Both the position numbers and the translations under genes were made by a program. Of a stretch of 31,390 nt of DNA, positions 26,251-31,390 are shown piece by piece. Position 1 is the stretch's first letter; each line of letters opens with the position of its first letter. The stretch is from an uncultured Melioribacter sp. (GTDB lineage: Bacteria > Bacteroidota > Ignavibacteria > Ignavibacteriales > Melioribacteraceae), in NCBI GenBank assembly GCA_964387835.1, contig CAYLYR010000001.1:1-31390 (forward strand), given 5' to 3'. The notes under the pieces were generated by a model that was given only the letters and a program-made list of their open reading frames with translations, was not told the origin of the DNA and did not search any database.

Positions 26251-27099
26251 TTGAAGGCACAATTTTCATTAAAAAATATATTTTTCAAGGTTGGATTGGG
26301 GTTAAACCTACTTCTGATTATTACAGGAATTAATCTCGGGCAGAAGAAAACGGGAAGCGATAATATAGGTAAAACTTTCCTAACCGATTTTTCCTCTGCG
26401 GTAACTGTTGGTTTTAATACCGCGGAACGTCCGCTCCGGTTTTCTCAATCGGATTGGGTTAGAGTTGGAGCTGTAACGTTCGGAACCGCGGCATTATTCT
26501 TAGCCGATAAAAGTGTACGCTCTTTTGCTTTATCAAACCAAAATGATTTTAACAATAATTTATTCGGGTTTGATAAATTTTACGGCAGCGGCTATACAGC
26601 GTTATTTACAGCTGGCATTTACGGAGCGGGTTTGTTCTCGGGCAACGATGATGTCCGAAAACTTGGACTATATTCTTCGGAGGCATTTGTAATTTCCGGA
26701 ATAGGCGCTGCTATTTTAAAAGTGATTTTAGGGAGAAGAAGACCCTATAAAGGCGAGAGCAATTTATTCTTTAATCCGTTTACTTTAATCGATAACGATT
26801 TTCACTCACTCCCAAGCGGACATACGACGGTTGCATTTGCCGTATCCGAAGTAATGGCTGAGAGCATAGATAACATTTACTGGAAATCGTTATGGTACGG
26901 CGCGGCAGGTTTAACCGCCTTATCGCGAATTTATCACAACCAGCATTGGGCTTCGGATGTTTTTCTTGGAGCTGTAATCGGTTATTACGTGGGGCAATTT
27001 GTTACGGATGTTAATAAAAACAAACGTGTCAAAACTTCACATATCCGAATCTCTCCGTTAGTTTCATTTAACGGAATGGGAATTACAGTCTCTTTTTGA
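26251..27099 (+). CDS. PAP2 family membrane phosphatase
   Basis: All three PAP2 motifs: K-x6-RP (KVILGRRRP), PSGH, SR-x5-H-x3-D (SRIYHNQHWASD); TTG start is uncertain. Confidence 0.9.
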   Translation: MKAQFSLKNIFFKVGLGLNLLLIITGINLGQKKTGSDNIGKTFLTDFSSAVTVGFNTAERPLRFSQSDWVRVGAVTFGTAALFLADKSVRSFALSNQNDFNNNLFGFDKFYGSGYTALFTAGIYGAGLFSGNDDVRKLGLYSSEAFVISGIGAAILKVILGRRRPYKGESNLFFNPFTLIDNDFHSLPSGHTTVAFAVSEVMAESIDNIYWKSLWYGAAGLTALSRIYHNQHWASDVFLGAVIGYYVGQFVTDVNKNKRVKTSHIRISPLVSFNGMGITVSF

Positions 27100-27139
27100 G
27101 AATGCTAAGCGTTATTGAGCTTAACTCTTTGTTGCTTCT

Positions 27140-28969
27140 CTATCTCATTTCCAAATTATTTTTGTATAAGCTTAACTCTTCAAGTATTTTGTTAAAATAA
27201 TCTTGTAAGTTAGTTAAATCGTTTAAGGCGCTTTTATATGAATTCTTTAACGATTCTTTCTGCTCGCTGAACATTTTGCGGTAATATTCAATGCCGGAAG
27301 AAAGATTGTTTGTGAATGTATCGAAATATTTAAATTGTTTTTCAGTGAAAAGAGGAGATGCATCGTCGATTTTTTTCTTAAGGAAATCGAGATAAAGTTT
27401 CAACTCTTTAATGAACATATTAGGACGATTCTTTGTGTTTAAAATATTTATGCGTCCGTAAATATGATCTGCCATTTGTTTCAGCGTGAACTCACCTGAA
27501 TAATAAGCCATATTTGGTCCGGGACAAACCGAAACCGCCGGTCCCTCCATTTTGTAATCGAGATTGTTCAAAACCAAAACCGAGTTGGATAGACCATTGC
27601 AGAGACATTCTTTCGCTATTATTTTGTTATATTCACTTTTGTAATCCGCAGGCGGAAGATTTTTCTCTTTTAATTCGGTAAGTTTTAAGTTTATATATTG
27701 TGATGAAGCCGTGCAAATCGGAATTTCGGTAAACTCCGTATTAAAGGTTAAATATTTTTTCGGACAAGAGCTTCCCGGTTTACCTTCTTTTGCAAGTTCA
27801 ATGCGTTCAATATCTTTCGAACTTCCGCGGACATTATTAAATGGAACGCCGAGCGGTGAAGCATCCGAGAGATATAAATCATCTTCGGTTGCATCGCTTA
27901 AAAGTTTCATCGTCTCTTCATCAATACTTGTAGCTTCAGGAACAAGAAGGAAAGGAGTTCCCCAGCCAACAGAATCGATATTGTAATTATTAAGTAAAAA
28001 TCTATGTTCCTCTCCGGTGCCGACTCCTCCCTGAGCGGTAATTTTCAGCTCCGGCATCTCATTTGGAACTTGCTTCCCTTTTCTTTCTAATGCGGACTTA
28101 AAAATCTCGTAAGTGGTTTTGTGTAAAGTTTCCCTTTGTTTCTTAAACTCTTCAAGGATTGGTCCCAGCAAATAACCGTCGGAGGCAAAAGCATGCCCGC
28201 CGCAGTTCAGTCCCGATTCAATGCGATATTCCGAAACCCAAAGACCTTTCTTTGCGAAAAATTTTCCTTGAATTATTGCCGAGCGATAGTCGCTTACCTT
28301 AATGATAATTTTCTTTTTGATTCTTCCGAGTGCATCCGGATAGAAATCGGAAAAGTTCTCCATGTAAGTAAATAATCTTGGATTCATTCCCGCGGATAAA
28401 ACCACAGAGGATTCCAAATCGCTTTTGGCGTAGCCTCTGATGGCGGCGTGAGCATCATTTTGTTCAATCGGCAGTTGCTTTTTCCCTTTGTAATTAGGAC
28501 CGTCAACTTTCGTCATTATGTTTACATCAATACTTCCTATTGACAAATTATCCTGAAGCCATTTTTTTACTTCTTTTATATTGTCTGAATTTGTTTTAAC
28601 TATTCGCTCCCATTGTTTGCTAAGTTCGGAAGCGGTTGGAAGCAATTCGAAATATTTTTCGATTTCACTATAGCCATTGGAAACGGACTCAATTAACATA
28701 TCAAACTTTTCATGGACTATTTCATTTACCAAATTAAGGTAGGCGGTTATTCGTTCAGCCCTGAAGTCCTCTCTTTTGGGAGTAATCGGCTCGAAGTGTT
28801 TGTTAAATTTTTCCGCATAAAATTTTCTCATCTTCTCAACGAGATTATGTTCAAATATTGACATCACAGAAGCAATGCCGAGATGAGCAATTTTAATCGG
28901 GGAATCAATTGTGTAGCTCAATCCCATAACGGGAATATGAAATGTATGTTGTGATTTTTTGTTTGTCAT
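27140..28969 (-). CDS. 609-aa protein with a nitronate-monooxygenase/FabK/FabX-like FMN TIM-barrel signature and a C-terminal Cys cluster
   Basis: Colinear motifs IPVMG, DVNIM, VLSAGMNP, IKVSDYRSA, IESGLNCGGH, ITAQGGVG, SVGWGTPFL, SPLGVPF; then CPKK, ICTAS, CLCNGL, VCPG. Confidence 0.6.
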   Translation of the reverse strand: MTNKKSQHTFHIPVMGLSYTIDSPIKIAHLGIASVMSIFEHNLVEKMRKFYAEKFNKHFEPITPKREDFRAERITAYLNLVNEIVHEKFDMLIESVSNGYSEIEKYFELLPTASELSKQWERIVKTNSDNIKEVKKWLQDNLSIGSIDVNIMTKVDGPNYKGKKQLPIEQNDAHAAIRGYAKSDLESSVVLSAGMNPRLFTYMENFSDFYPDALGRIKKKIIIKVSDYRSAIIQGKFFAKKGLWVSEYRIESGLNCGGHAFASDGYLLGPILEEFKKQRETLHKTTYEIFKSALERKGKQVPNEMPELKITAQGGVGTGEEHRFLLNNYNIDSVGWGTPFLLVPEATSIDEETMKLLSDATEDDLYLSDASPLGVPFNNVRGSSKDIERIELAKEGKPGSSCPKKYLTFNTEFTEIPICTASSQYINLKLTELKEKNLPPADYKSEYNKIIAKECLCNGLSNSVLVLNNLDYKMEGPAVSVCPGPNMAYYSGEFTLKQMADHIYGRINILNTKNRPNMFIKELKLYLDFLKKKIDDASPLFTEKQFKYFDTFTNNLSSGIEYYRKMFSEQKESLKNSYKSALNDLTNLQDYFNKILEELSLYKNNLEMR

Positions 28970-29111
28970 ATTTTCCTTATGTGAATTTTATTAAAAGCAA
29001 AAATAAATCTAATAAATATTCAATAATTCAGAAAAGAAATCATAAAGAATTTCAATAAATAATTTTAGCCCGATTTTCTTTTTTTCATGAAAAATAAAAA
29101 ATCTGCTCTAA

Positions 29112-29127
29112 TGTCAAATCTGCGACA
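29112..29127. promoter_or_regulatory. Candidate Crp/Fnr-family operator
   Basis: TGTCA-AATCTG-CGACA: 16-bp TGT-N10-ACA geometry in a divergent intergenic region. Confidence 0.45.
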
Positions 29128-29148
29128 GTTTAAAAATTCGTTCCGTGT

Positions 29149-29156
29149 TAGTTTTG
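29149..29156 (+). promoter_or_regulatory. Possible -7 promoter element (TAnnTTTG)
   Basis: TAGTTTTG, 41 nt upstream of ATG 29197. Confidence 0.4.
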
Positions 29157-29196
29157 TATCAGAACTTAAAACTAAAAACAAAAAACGGAGTACAAA

Positions 29197-29655
29197 ATGA
29201 AAACAAGATTCTCTTTAACATCAGCATTAATCGCAGGATTTATCGGCACGATTGCCATGACAGCTTTTACTTATATGGCGCCTCTAATGGGATTTAAAAT
29301 GGATATTCCCGGGATGCTGGCACACACGATGCATGCCCCTATTATTGTCGGTTGGCTGGCGCATTTTATGGTAGGTGAAACTTTGGCGGTAGGTTACGCA
29401 TTATTTTATCTTAAAATATTAAAGCAAGATGCTAATGCGAAAACGGGAGCAATATACGGAATATTACCTTGGTTATTAGCTCAGTTGGTTGTAATGCCGA
29501 TGATGATGGTTATGAACGGAATGCCTTATTCCGCCGGGTTATTTTCAGGCTCATTTTTAATGGCGATGGCAAGTTTTGTTGGACATTTAATATACGGCGC
29601 ATTTGTAGGCGTGACTTTTAAACCTGAACTTGAAACGGCAGAAGCTATTTCTTAA
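29197..29655 (+). CDS. Small Met/His-rich four-TM membrane protein (DUF6789/DUF2938-like)
   Basis: Four hydrophobic segments; conserved-looking GWLAHFMVG and VGHLIYG; SD GGAG at 29187-29190. Confidence 0.7.
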   Translation: MKTRFSLTSALIAGFIGTIAMTAFTYMAPLMGFKMDIPGMLAHTMHAPIIVGWLAHFMVGETLAVGYALFYLKILKQDANAKTGAIYGILPWLLAQLVVMPMMMVMNGMPYSAGLFSGSFLMAMASFVGHLIYGAFVGVTFKPELETAEAIS

Positions 29656-29675
29656 TTGGAATTTTGGAGAAGAGA

Positions 29676-30230
29676 ATGAAAAGTATAATGAAAGTGAACA
29701 GAGAAAACGCATCGCCTAAGTTAAACTCTATTTTTGATAAGATTGAATCGGCTTACGGTAAAGTGCTCAACTTGTTTTCGATATTGGGAAATTCCGAAAA
29801 TGCCTTGGAGTCGTATCTGCAGTTCTCAAATGCTCAGGTTAAAAACTCCTTTTCTCCGATAGAACGCGAAGTGATTTATCTTGCGGCATCTGAAACTAAT
29901 GGTTGTATTTACTGCGTTTCGGCGCACACGTTAAAAGCAAAAATGTTAGGATTGAGCGATGAAGAAATAATCGAAGTAAGAGAAGGAATTTATCCCGACC
30001 CGAAATTTGAAACTTTGATTACGTTGACGAGTGAGATTATTAAAAACAGAGGAAATGTAGAGGAATCGGTTATTAGTGATTTTTACAATGCCGGATATGA
30101 TCCGGAAAACTTAGTTGATTTAATTGCTTTAATAACCGAAATGACCTTTTCAAATTATTTGGGAAGACTTTCTAAACCTTGTATAGATTTTCCACAAGCG
30201 CCTATTTTATCTGAAAAAGTAATTGTTTGA
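29676..30230 (+). CDS. Carboxymuconolactone decarboxylase/AhpD-like peroxidase-related protein (ATG 29676; ORF open to TTG 29664)
   Basis: EREVIYLAASETNGCIYCVSAH (E-x11-CxxC-x3-H, AhpD-type); GGAG SD before 29676. Confidence 0.88.
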   Translation: MKSIMKVNRENASPKLNSIFDKIESAYGKVLNLFSILGNSENALESYLQFSNAQVKNSFSPIEREVIYLAASETNGCIYCVSAHTLKAKMLGLSDEEIIEVREGIYPDPKFETLITLTSEIIKNRGNVEESVISDFYNAGYDPENLVDLIALITEMTFSNYLGRLSKPCIDFPQAPILSEKVIV

Positions 30231-30254
30231 TACTCCTCCTGCCAAACCCAAAGG

Positions 30255-30290
30255 AAGTGCGTTAGCAAGTTTGCTTTCGCACTTTTTTTT
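30255..30290 (+). terminator. Intrinsic terminator between the convergent CMD and Crp genes
   Basis: AAGTGCG/CGCACTT outer stem, AGCAA/TTGCT inner stem, followed by a T-run. Confidence 0.75.
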
Positions 30291-30978
30291 ATTCAATTAT
30301 TTCTCTTAGTCTCTTTTTGTCATTTATTATCAGCTTACTCCTGTCAAAGTCTATCAAACCTTTTTTCCTAAGGGAAGTTAAAATTGTATTTACGGTTTGA
30401 CGTGAACAAGCTGTAAGCTCGCCGATTGTTTGATGTTTTAGAAACGGTTTAACAAAGATTTGTTCCCCGACAGTTTTACCGTTCTTTTCAGCATATCTTA
30501 AAATGAATGAAGTAACGCGCTGATCGGCATCCTTGAAAATTAAATCCTCAATGCGTTCCGAAAACTTTTTCAGCTTAAGTCCGATCACTTTGGTCATCTT
30601 TAAATTCAGAGCGGGATTTTTTTCAATAAACTTAGCGAGATCGTTTTTATTGATTGCGCAAATTCTGCTCGGATCGACCGTTACAGCGTAATCGTGTCTT
30701 TCGCTTTCATCGAGAAAAGCCATTTCGCCGAAGACTTCCCCCGGATTAATTATTGCAATTATTTTCTCGCTTCCATCGGGTAAGTACTTCGTTATTTTCA
30801 CTCTCCCTTTTTTTAAGAAATAAATTGTTTGGGAAGGTTCGCTTTCAAAATAAACCGGTTCATTGGTCTTGGTTTCGGTATCTATAATTAGTTTATCTAA
30901 TTCCATCATACTTTTTGAATCAAGGTTTTCAAAAAGATTAAAATTTTCCAAATACCATAATTTTGATTTGTCAGACAT
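30289..30978 (-). CDS. Crp/Fnr-family transcriptional regulator
   Basis: cNMP-type beta-roll (IYFLKKGRVKI, GEVFGEMAFL) and C-terminal HTH (HQTIGELTACSRQTVNTIL); no FNR Cys cluster. Confidence 0.93.
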   Translation of the reverse strand: MSDKSKLWYLENFNLFENLDSKSMMELDKLIIDTETKTNEPVYFESEPSQTIYFLKKGRVKITKYLPDGSEKIIAIINPGEVFGEMAFLDESERHDYAVTVDPSRICAINKNDLAKFIEKNPALNLKMTKVIGLKLKKFSERIEDLIFKDADQRVTSFILRYAEKNGKTVGEQIFVKPFLKHQTIGELTACSRQTVNTILTSLRKKGLIDFDRSKLIINDKKRLREIIE

Positions 30979-31269
30979 AATAACTCGAATTGTTTTTACT
31001 TACAGTGTAAATGTCTTTATAAAAATCTACTAATTCAACTTATTTCTTTTAAGCATCTTATAAAGACTTTACCTATCTATCCCGATACTTTGTGCAGCTT
31101 GGGAAATATTGCCGTTTCTATTTCACAACGGCAGCACTCAATGGGGAGGTCGTAGAATTGATTTGAGCTTAGTAAATAAAATTTGTAATTTAAGTTCAAA
31201 TTCTCGAGGAGGTTAAAACTAAAATTTCATGGGCTGGCAATTTAAGCAAATCTTGAAGAATAAATAATT

Positions 31270-31390
31270 ATGATAGATAATTTTGTCAATCAGGAAAAGT
31301 GCAAAAAATGCAAATTGTGCATTGAAGTTTGCCCGGTAAATATTATCGGTATTGATAATAATGGTTTGGTAAATTTTATACCCGAAAGAG
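31270..31390 (+). CDS. 4Fe-4S ferredoxin-domain protein, 3' end outside window (possibly a Fer4-nitroreductase fusion)
   Basis: ATG 31270 gives MIDNFVNQEKCKKCKLCIEVCPVNII, a canonical CxxCxxCxxxCP motif; frame is open to the window end. Confidence 0.8.
   Translation, partial: MIDNFVNQEKCKKCKLCIEVCPVNIIGIDNNGLVNFIPER

Noticed and set aside
818-28375. Numerous antisense or out-of-frame ORFs of 60-160 aa inside long genes (for example 4121-4597, 7050-7487, 22128-22454, 24704-25084, 25462-25824)
   Set aside because: These are shadows of well-supported genes with no independent motifs.
30289-30978. True O2-sensing FNR
   Set aside because: It lacks the N-terminal Cys cluster and the ETxSR helix, and I saw no TTGAT-N4-ATCAA box in the adjacent intergenic regions.
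31013-31067. 10-bp inverted repeat GTCTTTATAA / TTATAAAGAC, 35 nt apart
   Set aside because: It is very AT-rich in an AT-rich intergenic region, and the spacing does not fit a dimeric operator or a terminator.
31206-31267. Strong SD GAGGAGG and mini-ORF MGWQFKQILKNK (31229-31267) ending 2 nt before the 4Fe-4S gene
   Set aside because: The SD-to-ATG spacing is 16 nt (too long) and there is no attenuator-type codon run; not supportable without Ribo-seq.

Overview
AT-rich bacterial chromosomal segment. Gene content and strong Shine-Dalgarno sites suggest an Ignavibacteria/Chlorobi-like member of the Bacteroidota-Chlorobiota group (inference). From left to right: (1) the end of the dcw operon (murG partial, murC, ftsQ, ftsA, ftsZ) with a terminator; (2) an orphan TPR sensor histidine kinase; (3) a 770-bp intergenic mosaic of palindromic REP-like elements; (4) a 1583-aa fusion of an AMP-forming acyl-CoA-synthetase-like domain, a helical region, an apparent degenerate protein-kinase fold and a C-terminal GNAT; (5) a solo HUH/Y1 (IS200-like, RAYT-like) transposase between two 150-bp direct repeats built from seven GAA-loop mini-hairpin REPs; (6) a minus-strand run of TSUP transporter, GSCFA protein, Nfu protein, rsmI, wecB, two GT4 and a GT2 carrying a ~225-aa disordered N-terminal arm; (7) a tricorn-type S41 protease and a PAP2 phosphatase; (8) a redox-looking module of a 609-aa cryptic NMO/FabK/FabX-like FMN barrel with a Cys cluster, a His/Met-rich membrane protein, an AhpD/CMD protein, a Crp/Fnr regulator and the start of a 4Fe-4S protein. 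No rRNA, tRNA or CRISPR array was seen. All family calls come from motifs read by eye; no database search was run.
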